The notes beneath the pieces were generated by a model. That model worked only from the letters and a program-made list of their open reading frames with translations. It did no database searches and was not told the origin of the DNA. A DNA stretch of 64,000 nucleotides from a bacterium (GTDB lineage Bacteria; UBA8248; JACPRG01; G963555815): assembly GCA_963555815.3 (NCBI GenBank), contig CAUVWX020000002.1:224001-288000 (forward strand), written 5' to 3'. The translations under genes and the position numbers were made by a program. This document shows positions 30,186 to 40,475 of this stretch, piece by piece (position 1 is the first letter of the stretch; each line of letters begins with the position of its first letter).

Positions 30186-30983
30186 TTGCCCCCGCTCTTT
30201 CGAATGGAACTCGACGATCGGGCCCACCATGTCCGCGAGCTCTTCGCCCGGATCTCTCCGCGATACAACCTTGTCAATGATTTCATCACAGCCGGGCTGC
30301 ACCGGTGGTGGCGGCGAAGGTCTGCCACCCTGGCCTTCTCTCTCCTCCGGTGGGATGGCACCCCCCCCCTAAAAGTCATCGACCTCTGTTGTGGTACCGG
30401 GGACTACTTGGTCCTCTTCTGGCGGCGTTTCGGGAAGAGGGCCTGGCTGCTGGGGGTCGATTTCTGTCCTCCCATGTTAGAGGAGTCCCTGAGGCGGGTG
30501 CGACGCCTCGGGATCGGCAAACAGGTCAGGTTCCTCCGTGGAGATGTCACCAACCTGTCGGCCCTGAGGGGCAAAAGTTTTCACGTCGCCACGCTGGGTT
30601 TTGGGCTGCGCAATGTGTCAGACGTCAGAGGGGCTCTCTCGGAGGCCAGGAGGATCCTGCGGCCCGGAGGTGTCCTCGTTATCTTGGACCTGACCTGGCC
30701 GAAGAATGTCCTGCTTCGCTCCCTCGTCCTCTTCTATCTGAGGTGGATCCTGCCGCTCCTCGCGCGGTTGGCCAAGGGGGGTCGGGAGGACTACCTGTGG
30801 CTTCGCCGTTCTCTGACAGATTTTCCCAAGGCCGACCGTCTGATCCAATTGATGGAAGAGGTGGGCTTTGAGGGCGTGCAGGTGAAGCCTTTTGGCCTGG
30901 GGGGCGTCGCAGCGCACGTGGGCCGCCGCCCGCAAGGGCACCCCAGCGAAGCTCGTACGGCACAAGAAAAGTGGTCGAGTTGA
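30186..30983 (+). CDS. ubiE: UbiE/MenG-family quinone C-methyltransferase
   Basis: ISPRYNLVND, GLHRWW, DLCCGTGD, FGLRNV, LRPGG. Confidence 0.85.
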   Translation: MPPLFRMELDDRAHHVRELFARISPRYNLVNDFITAGLHRWWRRRSATLAFSLLRWDGTPPLKVIDLCCGTGDYLVLFWRRFGKRAWLLGVDFCPPMLEESLRRVRRLGIGKQVRFLRGDVTNLSALRGKSFHVATLGFGLRNVSDVRGALSEARRILRPGGVLVILDLTWPKNVLLRSLVLFYLRWILPLLARLAKGGREDYLWLRRSLTDFPKADRLIQLMEEVGFEGVQVKPFGLGGVAAHVGRRPQGHPSEARTAQEKWSS

Positions 30984-31138
30984 TTTTCTTGCACTGGACA
31001 ACGGGATTGTTGTTGATGCAGGACTGGATACGGCAGTGCCATGCGCACTGGGGTACCCAAGAAGAAACACTGGAGAATTACATCGCCAGCATTGAAAAAG
31101 GTCGGAAAAATTAACCACTTTAAAAAGGAACAAATAAT

Positions 31139-31369
31139 ATGAAAAAATTAACCTGTAGAGATCTTGGTGGTCCTTGCGATGAAGAGATCACTGGAAATTC
31201 ATTTAAGGAGATAGGAAATAATTGTGAAGCTCATGTAATGGAACAAATTAAGGATGGTGATGAAGCTCATGGAGCTGCTGTTGCCGAAATGATAAATGCA
31301 TCACCAGAAGAACAGAAGTCTATGATGACAGGGTTCGAAAAGAGATATAACGAAGCTCCGGATATATAA
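31139..31369 (+). CDS. DUF1059-like small protein in an AT-rich insert
   Basis: MKKLTCRDLGGPCD...H motif; markedly AT-rich codons. Confidence 0.75.
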   Translation: MKKLTCRDLGGPCDEEITGNSFKEIGNNCEAHVMEQIKDGDEAHGAAVAEMINASPEEQKSMMTGFEKRYNEAPDI

Positions 31370-31395
31370 ATCAAAAACCACGACCAAGATCTTCC

Positions 31396-32226
31396 CTACG
31401 CCGTAGAAGAATCCCCAGCCTTTTCTTCGAGATCAATCCCAAGGGAGGAAAGGGCACCCTCGAGAGCCTTCAGGGCGTGCCCGAGGTATTCCTCGGCCTC
31501 CGCCCTCTCTTTAGCTCTGGACGCCAGGGTGAGACGAAGGCGGACGCCCTCTTCAAAAGGGCGGGCCCGGGACTTGATGTAAACCTTCGGGTGCGCCCGG
31601 TTGACCTTCTCAAGGACGGGCGCGAGGAGGGACTCGTCCGAACAGGAGGCCAAGAGATCCCTTCGGGCATAGGCCCCGGCGCCGAAGCGCTGCTGGAAGT
31701 GCGTCTGCACCTCCGTTTGAAAAATACCCTTCATTTCGGTGGGGACCCCCGGCAGGCAAACGACCTCTTGGGCGCCCACAGCCAAGCGCACGCCCGGGGC
31801 GGTCCCGACGGGGTTTGGCAGGGGGTGGGACCCCTTGGGAAGCCTTGCCATCTTTTGCCGGGCCGGGTTCAGGCCGGCCAACAGGCTGGAGCCCTGCCGG
31901 GAGAGGATGTCATACCGTTGAGTCACCAGGGAGAGGGCCTGGGGATGGAGTTCAAGAGGGACCCCCAGGGCCTCGGCGACCCCTGCCAGCGTGAGGTCAT
32001 CGGCCGTGGGGCCGAGCCCACCCATCGTGATCACCACATCGGGGCCACGGGTCAGAGCTGAGCGCAGGGCCTGGGCGACATCTTCCACCCGATCCCTCAC
32101 CAAAGAGGCGCCCGCCACGTTTCCTCCGAGGTCCTGGAGTTGCTGGCACACCCAGTGGGTGTTGGTATCGAGGACCTCTCCGGCCAGAATCTCGTTTCCG
32201 ATGGTCAGGATTTCAACCTGAAACAA
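31396..32226 (-). CDS. CinA-like protein (N-terminal molybdopterin-binding-like domain, no PncC domain)
   Basis: IGNEILAGEVLDTN, GGLGPTADDLT, NPVGTAPG, LPGVPTEM. Confidence 0.88.
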   Translation of the reverse strand: MFQVEILTIGNEILAGEVLDTNTHWVCQQLQDLGGNVAGASLVRDRVEDVAQALRSALTRGPDVVITMGGLGPTADDLTLAGVAEALGVPLELHPQALSLVTQRYDILSRQGSSLLAGLNPARQKMARLPKGSHPLPNPVGTAPGVRLAVGAQEVVCLPGVPTEMKGIFQTEVQTHFQQRFGAGAYARRDLLASCSDESLLAPVLEKVNRAHPKVYIKSRARPFEEGVRLRLTLASRAKERAEAEEYLGHALKALEGALSSLGIDLEEKAGDSSTA

Positions 32227-32258
32227 CTCCAGCGCCTCTCACGGGTCAGCGGTCCTTC

Positions 32259-32870
32259 TCAGGGACGAGCGTCCGTGCGCCCCCAAAGGCCAATGCCTAC
32301 TTCCTTGGCCTCTTGCTCCCAGAGCTTGAACTCGTCCTGAAGTTTGAAGGGGACCTCGAGGCTCACCCGGGCGAAACCCTTTTGGATGAGTGTTGCGTTC
32401 AGCTGGCTACCGTCTTCTGTGAAGATGTAGACAAGGGGGCGCCCCTCTCGGTCGTGTCCCACCTTGTCGCGGAAGATGCGCACCCGCTTTCCCTCAAGGA
32501 TGTTTCGCACGGCGGGTGTTGTCACCTCATCGAAAAACGCCGCGTACGTGTCCTGGCCCGCTCCGTGAGGGGGGAGGACTCCGATGAGACGGACCACGTG
32601 GAGAGATTCGAGAGACAAGGTGGCCCCGTCAATTACCCGAATGACTTTAGCCCAAAAGTCCTTCTCTCCCTGGGGGTCCTCTCCTTCTGAAGGGGGACGG
32701 GTGTGGTGAAACTCAGGAGGGAGCGGGCCTGAAGCTCCAGGGCGCGTCGGTGGGGAGGCCCCCGAGGTACAGCCCGCCAGGACCAAGAGAGAGAGAGACA
32801 GCCCACACGTGATGGCCGCCGGAACCCGCTTGAAATTCCAGGACGAAGACCCTATCCACGCTGTCTTCAC
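32259..32870 (-). CDS. Thermonuclease (SNase-like) lipoprotein
   Basis: Lipobox LAGC; RVIDG, VRLIGV, DREGRPLVY, GLWG. Confidence 0.8.
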   Translation of the reverse strand: MKTAWIGSSSWNFKRVPAAITCGLSLSLLVLAGCTSGASPPTRPGASGPLPPEFHHTRPPSEGEDPQGEKDFWAKVIRVIDGATLSLESLHVVRLIGVLPPHGAGQDTYAAFFDEVTTPAVRNILEGKRVRIFRDKVGHDREGRPLVYIFTEDGSQLNATLIQKGFARVSLEVPFKLQDEFKLWEQEAKEVGIGLWGRTDARP

Positions 32871-32949
32871 GAGGAGAACCCCCGAAAGAAATCCCCAACC
32901 AATTCTTGTTTGATGATTTTAAACCCACCCGCTCGCATTTTAAAAGAAA

Positions 32950-33025
32950 TGGTGGCCCCAACGGGAGTCGAACCCGTGTTTCCGCCTTGAGAGGGCGGCG
33001 TCCTAGGCCACTAGACGATAGGGCC
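32950..33025 (-). tRNA. tRNA-Glu(CTC)
   Basis: GGCCCTA/TGGGGCC acceptor, CCGCC-CTCTCAA-GGCGG anticodon arm, CCA end. Confidence 0.96.
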
Positions 33026-33056
33026 CACGAATGGGAAAAACCTTATGATCGCTAAA

Positions 33057-33130
33057 TGGCTGGGGAGCTAGGATTCGAACCTAGGTTTCCTGATCCAGAG
33101 TCAGATGTCCTGCCGCTGGACGACTCCCCA
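33057..33130 (-). tRNA. tRNA-Gln(CTG)
   Basis: TGGGGAG/CTCCCCA acceptor, TCTGA-CTCTGGA-TCAGG anticodon arm, CCA end. Confidence 0.96.
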
Positions 33131-33193
33131 GCTGAAAAGGGTCCAGACGAATATCCCGAATCAACTAACTGACGGAAATCCCAAGGCCAAAAA

Positions 33194-33222
33194 AATATAT
33201 AGAACCCTTCTTCGCCCGTCAA
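33194..33222 (-). promoter_or_regulatory. sigma70 promoter of the tRNA-Gln/tRNA-Glu pair
   Basis: TTGACG (33222-33217), 17 bp, TATATT (33199-33194). Confidence 0.65.
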
Positions 33223-33231
33223 GGCCAGGGC

Positions 33232-34641
33232 CTAGTCCCCGGATTCGATGTGAGAGATGGCCCGATCCAGCCGGTTTACGGTCTCCTCTCGCCCGAGGAG
33301 AGATAGAACCTCGGTGATGGGGGGGCTGACCGTTCCCCCTGTCGCAGCCAATCGGGCCGGCTGGGCCACGGAGATCAACTTGATCCCCTCCTCCTGAACG
33401 ATCTCCTGAAAGGCGGCGTGGACGGCCTCGGGAGAAAATTCGGTGAGGGCCAGAAATTTCTGCCGAAGTTTCTGGAGCCGGGGCCGCGTCTCCGCGGTCA
33501 GGAATTTTTTGGCGCCCTTTTCTTCATACCCAAAATCCGACCGATAAAAATAGCGGATTGAGTGGGCCAGCTCCTTGAGGGTTCTCGAACGCTCCAGTAG
33601 GCAGGCGATCACCCGGGTCAGATGATTTTCGTCTTCCTCGGGGATTTTCAAGCCCTCCTCGGCGACGAAAGGTTTGAGAAGCGGAATGAGCGTTTGGGGG
33701 GAGAGACGGTTCATGTGCTGGGCGTTGACCCAGACGAGCTTCTCAGGATCAAAGATAGCAGGGGAGGTCCCCACGCTGTCCAGCCCAAAAAGTTTTTTGA
33801 GCTCGGCGGGACTAAAAATCTCTTGGTCGCCATGAGACCAGCCCAGGCGGATGAGGTAATTGATCAGGGCTTCCGGCAGAAAGCCCAGGTGACGATACTC
33901 TTGGACGGAAGTGGCCCCGTGGCGCTTGCTGAGCCGCTTTTTGTCTGTCCCCAGGATCATGGAGACGTGGGCGAATTCGGGGGGCTCCCAACCGAGGGCC
34001 CGGTAGATCAGGTCTTGACGGGGGGTGTTGGCCAGGTGGTCGTCCCCCCGGATCACGTGAGTCACCCGCATCTCCACGTCGTCCACCACGACAGCAAAGT
34101 TGTAGGTGGGGGTTTTATCGCTCCTCAAAATGATGAGGTCGTCGAGCTGAGAGTTCTCGAAAGTCACAGGGCCTCGCAGGAGGTCCTTGATAACGGTGCT
34201 CCCTTCACGAGGGGCCTTGATGCGCAGGGCAAAGGGGAGGGCCAGGGGCTCCTTCCGATCCCGACACCGGCCGTCATACCCGGGGGGGCGTTTCTCGGCC
34301 TCGGCCCTTTTTCGCATCTCCTGGAGCTCTTCGGGGGTGCAGTAGCATCGGTAGACTTTTTGCTCGTCAAGGAGACGCTCGGCATAGCGGACATAAATCT
34401 CCTGGCGCTCTGTTTGACGGTATAGTTCGTCCCAATCGAGCCCGAGCCACCGGAAGCCCTCCAGGATCTCCTGGATAGAGTCCTCCGTTGATCGCTCGCG
34501 GTCCGTGTCCTCGATGCGCAGGATGAAGGTGCCCCCGCAATGGCGGGCAAAGAACCAGTTGAAGAGGGCGGTTCTAAGACCCCCGATGTGAAGGAACCCG
34601 GTGGGGCTTGGGGCGAAACGGACGCGGACTTCCTGAGTCAT
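33232..34641 (-). CDS. gltX: Glutamate--tRNA ligase
   Basis: RFAPSPTG, HIGG, RIEDTD, IRGDDH, LSKR. Confidence 0.97.
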   Translation of the reverse strand: MTQEVRVRFAPSPTGFLHIGGLRTALFNWFFARHCGGTFILRIEDTDRERSTEDSIQEILEGFRWLGLDWDELYRQTERQEIYVRYAERLLDEQKVYRCYCTPEELQEMRKRAEAEKRPPGYDGRCRDRKEPLALPFALRIKAPREGSTVIKDLLRGPVTFENSQLDDLIILRSDKTPTYNFAVVVDDVEMRVTHVIRGDDHLANTPRQDLIYRALGWEPPEFAHVSMILGTDKKRLSKRHGATSVQEYRHLGFLPEALINYLIRLGWSHGDQEIFSPAELKKLFGLDSVGTSPAIFDPEKLVWVNAQHMNRLSPQTLIPLLKPFVAEEGLKIPEEDENHLTRVIACLLERSRTLKELAHSIRYFYRSDFGYEEKGAKKFLTAETRPRLQKLRQKFLALTEFSPEAVHAAFQEIVQEEGIKLISVAQPARLAATGGTVSPPITEVLSLLGREETVNRLDRAISHIESGD

Positions 34642-34777
34642 TCTCCTCTCCCGCAAAGATCTCTTACAGAAAAGCGTCCCCTCATCATTTTACTAAACCG
34701 CCCGGGCCAGCTTATAGGAAGGTCTTCCCATTTCCCTGAATTCCGGGGCACATCACACTCTATTCTATTGCGAGAGG

Positions 34778-35656
34778 TCAGAGAAGATAGCTTAAGATGG
34801 CGGGCGTGGTGCCGAGGCTGAGGAGGGTGCTGACCCAGACCGTCGAGGCGACGAGCTCTGGATTTCGGCTGAATTTCTCCGCTAGGATGAAGTTGATGAC
34901 TGCCGAGGGCATGCTGGACATGAGGATCAGAACCCCCCGTGTTGTCCCCTCTAGCCCGAACAGGGAAGTCAGCGCCACCGCCAGTGAAAACCCGCCACCG
35001 ATCCGAAGGAGGGCCGCCTGGGAGGCGATCCCTAAGGTCGCCATTCGCACTGAGACCAGACGGTAGCCGAGAGAGAAGAGCATCAGGGCGATGGCCATCG
35101 TCCCCAGGAGGTCGATGGGTCGTCGGACGAAGACCGGCAGTTCAACGCCAGAGAGGGAGATGATGATCCCTCCAAGGGCCGCATAGACGAGGGGGAAGCG
35201 GAAAATCTCCTTCCTGCCCTTCGAACCCAGACCCACAATCGCAAGGCCAAGGGTGTAATGAATGATGGCCGTGGTGGCAAAGAAGATGACCGCAAAGGCA
35301 AGGCCCTCCTCCCCGAAGGCGAAGAGGGCTAGGGCGAGGCCCATGTTTCCCGCGTTGGGGAACATGGTGGGGAGGTAGAGGCCCCGAAGGTCCTGCTTAA
35401 AGAAGCGGAGCCAGAGGGTGACGAGGAGGGCCATGGCGAGGATGACGAAGGCCGTGGAGCCGGCGATGACCCCGAGGCTTTTCAGCGGGAGATCGCTTCG
35501 CGCGAGAGCGCCAAAGGCGAGAGCGGGCGAGGCCACATAGAGGATGACGTCAGTCAGGGCGTTCAGGTCAATCTTCTTCAGGCGACCGAAGAGATAGCCC
35601 AGGGCAATGAGGCTGAAGACGGGAAAGACGACGGCGAAAACCTGTTGTGCGAGCAT
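34778..35656 (-). CDS. AEC (auxin efflux carrier) family transporter
   Basis: About 10 TM helices; PNAGNMG and MPSA motifs. Confidence 0.88.
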   Translation of the reverse strand: MLAQQVFAVVFPVFSLIALGYLFGRLKKIDLNALTDVILYVASPALAFGALARSDLPLKSLGVIAGSTAFVILAMALLVTLWLRFFKQDLRGLYLPTMFPNAGNMGLALALFAFGEEGLAFAVIFFATTAIIHYTLGLAIVGLGSKGRKEIFRFPLVYAALGGIIISLSGVELPVFVRRPIDLLGTMAIALMLFSLGYRLVSVRMATLGIASQAALLRIGGGFSLAVALTSLFGLEGTTRGVLILMSSMPSAVINFILAEKFSRNPELVASTVWVSTLLSLGTTPAILSYLL

Positions 35657-35796
35657 GGGCCGGTGGGTCCCCCCTCGAGGGCAAAAGAGAGCCGAGAAAT
35701 GATAGCCCCGGGTTCTTTCCAAGTCAAAATCGGCGCGTTGGCCACAAGTGCCATCCTTCTTTGTGTCCTTCCGACTCCGTTCGTTCCTTCCAGCGA

Positions 35797-37050
35797 ATGA
35801 CCCGGTCTCGAAGCCCCCTCAGCATCACCGGTTGGGTCTTTTACGACTTCGCCAACTCAGCCTTCCCAACCCTCATCGTCACCGTCGCTTACAGCGTTTA
35901 TTTCAGGGAGGTCGTTGTCCCCAAGGAGAGCGGCTTGGGAGATTTTTATTGGGGGCTGTCCATTTCCATCTCGATGCTCCTTGTGGCCGCCTCGGCCCCC
36001 ATCCTCGGAGCCATTGCCGACGCCTCGGGTGCAAAAAAACGCTTCCTTGGGGCCTACGCCAGCCTCTGCATCCTCTTCACCGGGCTTCTCCATTTTGTCC
36101 AGCAGGGGGACGTCCTGCTTGGGATCCTCTTCCTTGTTCTGGCCATCATCGGTTTTGAGGGGAGCCTCCCTTTCTACAACGCCTTCCTGCCGGAGATCGC
36201 CAAGAAGGAGGACCTCGGGAAGATCTCGGGTTACGGATGGGCGGTTGGATACCTGGGCGGACTCCTCTGCCTCTTCTGGGTGTTCCCACTCCTTCGGGGC
36301 GGGTTTTCTCCTGAAAATCTCTCCCAGTATCGCGCGATCTTCCCTCGAGTGGCCCTCTTCTACGCCGTCTTTTCTCTTCCCTTTTTCCTCTGGTTGCCCG
36401 AGCGAGCTCTTCCGGGCCCACGGGGTGGGTGGACCCAATATGCCCGCCAGGGGTGGGGGACGGTGAAGGAGACCTTCGCCCATATCCGGCGCCTGAAGAA
36501 CCTCTTTCGTTTTCTCCTGGCCTTCTTCCTCTACAGTGACGCGATTGCCACCGTCATCGCCTTCAGTGCTATCTACGCGGTGAGCACCCTTGGTTTCAGC
36601 ATGGCGGGCGTCACGATCCTTTTCATCGTCGTTCAGGCCTTCGCCTTTGTCGGAGCACTTGGGTTTGGCTTTGTGGTGGACCGTTTCGGGGCAAAGAGGA
36701 CCATCCTCTCCCTCCTTGTCCTCTGGTGCGCCGTGGTCCTGGGGGCCTTTTTCACCCAGACCCAGCCCCAATACTTCTTCGTGGCCGTGGTGGCGGGAAT
36801 CGGGCTCGGTTCTGTCCAGTCTGCGAGCCGAAGCCTGATGGCCCTCTTTATCCCGGAGGGGAAGAGCGGGGAATTCTACGGCTTCTACGGCGTCTGCGGA
36901 AAGATCTCGGCCGTCCTGGGGCCGATGACGTTCGGAATTGTCTCAACCCTGACCGGAAGCCAGCGGATCGCCATCCTCTCGGTGCTCGTTTTCCTTCTCG
37001 CGGGTATCGTCCTCTTGGCCGGTGTCCGGGTGGAACCCGTGAAGGATTGA
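35797..37050 (+). CDS. MFS transporter (UMF1/Atg22-like)
   Basis: WVFYDFANSAF, PILGAIAD, FYNAFLP, SRSLMA, EFYGFY. Confidence 0.9.
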   Translation: MTRSRSPLSITGWVFYDFANSAFPTLIVTVAYSVYFREVVVPKESGLGDFYWGLSISISMLLVAASAPILGAIADASGAKKRFLGAYASLCILFTGLLHFVQQGDVLLGILFLVLAIIGFEGSLPFYNAFLPEIAKKEDLGKISGYGWAVGYLGGLLCLFWVFPLLRGGFSPENLSQYRAIFPRVALFYAVFSLPFFLWLPERALPGPRGGWTQYARQGWGTVKETFAHIRRLKNLFRFLLAFFLYSDAIATVIAFSAIYAVSTLGFSMAGVTILFIVVQAFAFVGALGFGFVVDRFGAKRTILSLLVLWCAVVLGAFFTQTQPQYFFVAVVAGIGLGSVQSASRSLMALFIPEGKSGEFYGFYGVCGKISAVLGPMTFGIVSTLTGSQRIAILSVLVFLLAGIVLLAGVRVEPVKD

Positions 37051-37094
37051 GGGATCGAGAAACATTATCTCAATGTCAAGACCGGCACAGCGCC

Positions 37095-37123
37095 TTGCTA
37101 TCGAAGGCCCTGGCCGATATAAT
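37095..37123 (+). promoter_or_regulatory. sigma70 promoter upstream of lipoprotein-aspS
   Basis: TTGCTA, 17 bp, TATAAT. Confidence 0.6.
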
Positions 37124-37166
37124 TGAGGTAAGGAGGCTTGAAGCGTTGGGAGTAAATTCGCGGTGG

Positions 37167-37658
37167 ATGTTGATCGGGATCGGCCTGACGGCGATGGGTC
37201 TCTGGGGTTGCGCAGGGCCCTCCCCATCCACCAAGGACCTCTACGGACTCCTCCAGGAGGAGCTGGACCGCTCTCCGCAAACCCAAGCCCTTCTTTCTCT
37301 CAGAGCCCATATGGGCGATCTCCTGACCTGTCCCCAGACGCTTGAGATCACCGGGCGGTACGCTTCCTGGGTGCCGCTGGAGGCCTGCGACCCCGAGGGC
37401 TTGAGGCACCGTCTCTTGTTTGAAGAGATCAAGGAGGTCAAGCTCATTCGGGAGAAGGTCCACCTGGGTCGGGACCTTCGCTGGGTCGAGGTTTTTCAGC
37501 GGGAGATCTCGACCCCGGTTGGACGGGGGCTTCAGGGCAGCCAATCGCGCGAGGCTATCCGCCGTCTGGAGTCCATCAAGGAGGCCTTGGAGCTCTTGGC
37601 CTTTGGAAAGAGCACGCCTAACCGCTGGTTGGAACACGCTCGCCCCTTTCTCTTTTAG
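37167..37658 (+). CDS. Hypothetical lipoprotein
   Basis: Hydrophobic stretch plus LWGC lipobox-like motif. Confidence 0.55.
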   Translation: MLIGIGLTAMGLWGCAGPSPSTKDLYGLLQEELDRSPQTQALLSLRAHMGDLLTCPQTLEITGRYASWVPLEACDPEGLRHRLLFEEIKEVKLIREKVHLGRDLRWVEVFQREISTPVGRGLQGSQSREAIRRLESIKEALELLAFGKSTPNRWLEHARPFLF

Positions 37659-37676
37659 GGTGGGGGAGGGTTTTTA

Positions 37677-39458
37677 GTGACTGAATCCCACCCTGTCCCC
37701 CAGCGGACCCACTACTGTGGAGAGATCGGCCCGGCAGACGCGGACCACTCTGTCGTGCTGACGGGATGGGCGCAGGGAAGCCGGGACCACGGGGGGATCA
37801 TCTTTATTGACCTTCGGGATCGGACGGGCCTCGCTCAGGTCGTCGTCGACCCGAGCCGCTGCCCCGAAGCCCACGCCCTAGCCGAGAGTGTCCGAAGCGA
37901 ATATGTCCTCGCCGTCCAGGGGAAAGTGGCCCTTCGCCCCAAGGAATCGATCAACCGGAACCTGCCCACGGGGACCGTCGAGGTTTTCGTCGATTCCCTG
38001 CAGGTCCTCAACCCCGCCAAGACGCCTCCCTTTGCCATAGAAGACGGGGAGATCTCCGAAAGCCTTCGTCTGCAGTACCGCTATCTGGACCTTCGACGCC
38101 CCCAGGTCCAAAGGAACTTCCTCTTGCGCCACCGGGTGCTCCAGAGTGTGCGGGCCTTTCTCTCAAGGGAAGGTTTCCTGGAACTTGAAACCCCGATTCT
38201 GACTCGAAGCACGCCTGAGGGGGCGAGAGACTATCTCGTTCCAAGCCGCGTCAACAAGGGAAGGTTTTACGCCCTGCCACAATCTCCCCAGCTCTTCAAG
38301 CAGCTCCTTATGGTCTCCGGGTTCGACCGCTACTTTCAGATCTGCCGCTGCTTTCGGGACGAAGATCTGAGGGCGGACCGCCAGCCCGAATTCACACAGA
38401 TAGACGTAGAGATGTCCTTTGTGGAGCAGGAAGATGTCTTGGAAGTCATCGAGCGGTTGATGGCGGGGCTTTTTCAAAAGTGTCTCGGCGTCGAGATCGA
38501 AATTCCTTTTAAGCGTTATTCCTACAGGGAGGCGCTCGCTCTCTTTGGTTCAGACAAACCGGACCTCCGATACGAATCCTTGATGCAAGAGGACGTTACC
38601 GATCTTGTCAAGGACACGGAGTTCGAAATCTTCCGGAAGGTTATTAAAGCTGGCGGGAAGGTCAAGGGTTTCTCCGCGCCGCAACTCGCCACCCTGTCTC
38701 GAAAGAACCTGGATGATCTGACGAAGTTTGCCATCGAACGGGGGGCCGGGGGCCTGGCGTGGATGAAGGTAGAGGAGGGCGGTTTGACATCGCCCATCGT
38801 CAAGTTTTTTAAACAGGAAATGCTAGATGGTCTTCGGGATAAATTCGGGGCGAACACGGGCGACCTCCTGCTGATGGTCGCAGATCAACCCGCTGTCACG
38901 GATGAAGTCCTCGCTGCGCTCCGCGCCCACGTTGCGGATCTCTATCATCTGAAAACCAACCCCTTCGGGTTCGCCTGGGTGACAGATTTTCCTCTTCTGA
39001 AGCGGAACGAGGAGGAAAAGCGTTTTGAGGCGGTCCACCATCCCTTCACGGCTCCGGTGCCCGACGACGTCGCTCTCTTTGAGACTTCCCCGGAGCGCGT
39101 CCGCTCCCAGGCCTACGACCTCGTCCTGAACGGTCAAGAGATCGGCGGAGGGAGTATTCGGATCCATCAACGGGAAGTGCAGGAACGGATGTTCTCGGCC
39201 CTCGGCATTTCGGCCCAGGCGGCCAAAGAGAAATTCGGATTTCTCCTGGAGGCCCTGGAATACGGGACGCCCCCCCACGGTGGGATTGCCCTTGGCCTGG
39301 ACCGCATTGTGGCCATTATGGCGGGCGTGGATTCCATCCGGGATGTCATCCCCTTCCCCAAGACCCAGCGGGCCATCGACATGATGATGGACGCCCCGTC
39401 TCCGGTGGAGGAGGAGCAGCTTAAGGAGCTGGGGATCGATCTAAAACCTCCGGACTGA
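37677..39458 (+). CDS. aspS: Aspartate--tRNA ligase (probably non-discriminating)
   Basis: RTHYCG, RDHGG, STPEGARDY, FRDED, PPHGGIALGLDR. Confidence 0.97.
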   Translation: MTESHPVPQRTHYCGEIGPADADHSVVLTGWAQGSRDHGGIIFIDLRDRTGLAQVVVDPSRCPEAHALAESVRSEYVLAVQGKVALRPKESINRNLPTGTVEVFVDSLQVLNPAKTPPFAIEDGEISESLRLQYRYLDLRRPQVQRNFLLRHRVLQSVRAFLSREGFLELETPILTRSTPEGARDYLVPSRVNKGRFYALPQSPQLFKQLLMVSGFDRYFQICRCFRDEDLRADRQPEFTQIDVEMSFVEQEDVLEVIERLMAGLFQKCLGVEIEIPFKRYSYREALALFGSDKPDLRYESLMQEDVTDLVKDTEFEIFRKVIKAGGKVKGFSAPQLATLSRKNLDDLTKFAIERGAGGLAWMKVEEGGLTSPIVKFFKQEMLDGLRDKFGANTGDLLLMVADQPAVTDEVLAALRAHVADLYHLKTNPFGFAWVTDFPLLKRNEEEKRFEAVHHPFTAPVPDDVALFETSPERVRSQAYDLVLNGQEIGGGSIRIHQREVQERMFSALGISAQAAKEKFGFLLEALEYGTPPHGGIALGLDRIVAIMAGVDSIRDVIPFPKTQRAIDMMMDAPSPVEEEQLKELGIDLKPPD

Positions 39459-39578
39459 GCATCGACGCGGAGTTGAGGACCACCCCCTTTTGAGGATTTG
39501 CTGAACACCCTGGAGCGAACTATTTATCGTCGGTGGCAGGAGAAAGATGTCCTCTAAATCTCTCGGAGGCCAAATTTC

Positions 39579-40472
39579 GTGAAGGTTGGTCTGGTTGCCA
39601 TCGTCGGCAGACCCAACGTGGGCAAGTCCACGCTCCTCAATCGGGTCCTCGGCCGAAAGGTGGCCATCGTTACAAGAAAGCCCGGGACGACCCGTTTCAG
39701 AATAGTCGGGGTCCTGAACACCCCCCAGGCCCAAATCGTCTTCTTTGACACACCGGGTGCCCCCACCGTTAACTCCCTGTTGAACCGATACCTGAAGAAC
39801 GAGATCGAGAGGGCTCGCCACGGAGTTGATCTCGTCCTCTTCATGACGGACCCGGCCTCCAAAGCCCAGACTATGGATCAAGACGCCCGGATCCTCTCCG
39901 AGTCCACTTCCCCGGGGGCTCGGACCTATCTCCTGATCAACAAGGTGGATCGGATCCGAAAGGCAGCTCTTTTGCCCCTCATGGAGGCCTATCGGTCCCT
40001 TTTCCCCTTTCAGGAAGTTTTTCCCATTTCGGCCCAAACCGGCGAAAATGTCCCGGAACTTCTTCAATCCATCCAAAGTTTTTTGCCTGATGGCTCCCCC
40101 TACCACGCCCTCGACGCCCCGAGCGATCAGCCCGAAAGGGAGTTCGCCGCCGAGCTTATCCGGGAACAAATTCTTCGGACGACGGGACGGGAAATTCCCT
40201 ATGCCAGCGCCGTGAGGGTGGAGGCCATGGAGGCTTCTGCCGGCCGAAATCATCTTCAGATCTTAGCCACGATCTTCGTCGAGAAGGAGTCCCAGAAGCC
40301 CATCCTCATTGGGGCCGGGGGGCAGATGGTGAAGCGCATCGGGACAGCCGCCCGCCACTCCCTGGAGAAGGAACTGGGCGTCTCTGTCTATTTGGACCTT
40401 CAGGTCAAGGTCAGAAAGAATTGGAGTCAGGACGAGCGAGCCCTTCGGGAGCTTGGGCTCGCGCGGGGTTGA
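39579..40472 (+). CDS. era: GTPase Era
   Basis: GRPNVGKST, TTR, DTPG, NKVD, C-terminal KH domain. Confidence 0.95.
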   Translation: MKVGLVAIVGRPNVGKSTLLNRVLGRKVAIVTRKPGTTRFRIVGVLNTPQAQIVFFDTPGAPTVNSLLNRYLKNEIERARHGVDLVLFMTDPASKAQTMDQDARILSESTSPGARTYLLINKVDRIRKAALLPLMEAYRSLFPFQEVFPISAQTGENVPELLQSIQSFLPDGSPYHALDAPSDQPEREFAAELIREQILRTTGREIPYASAVRVEAMEASAGRNHLQILATIFVEKESQKPILIGAGGQMVKRIGTAARHSLEKELGVSVYLDLQVKVRKNWSQDERALRELGLARG

Positions 40473-40475
40473 AGG

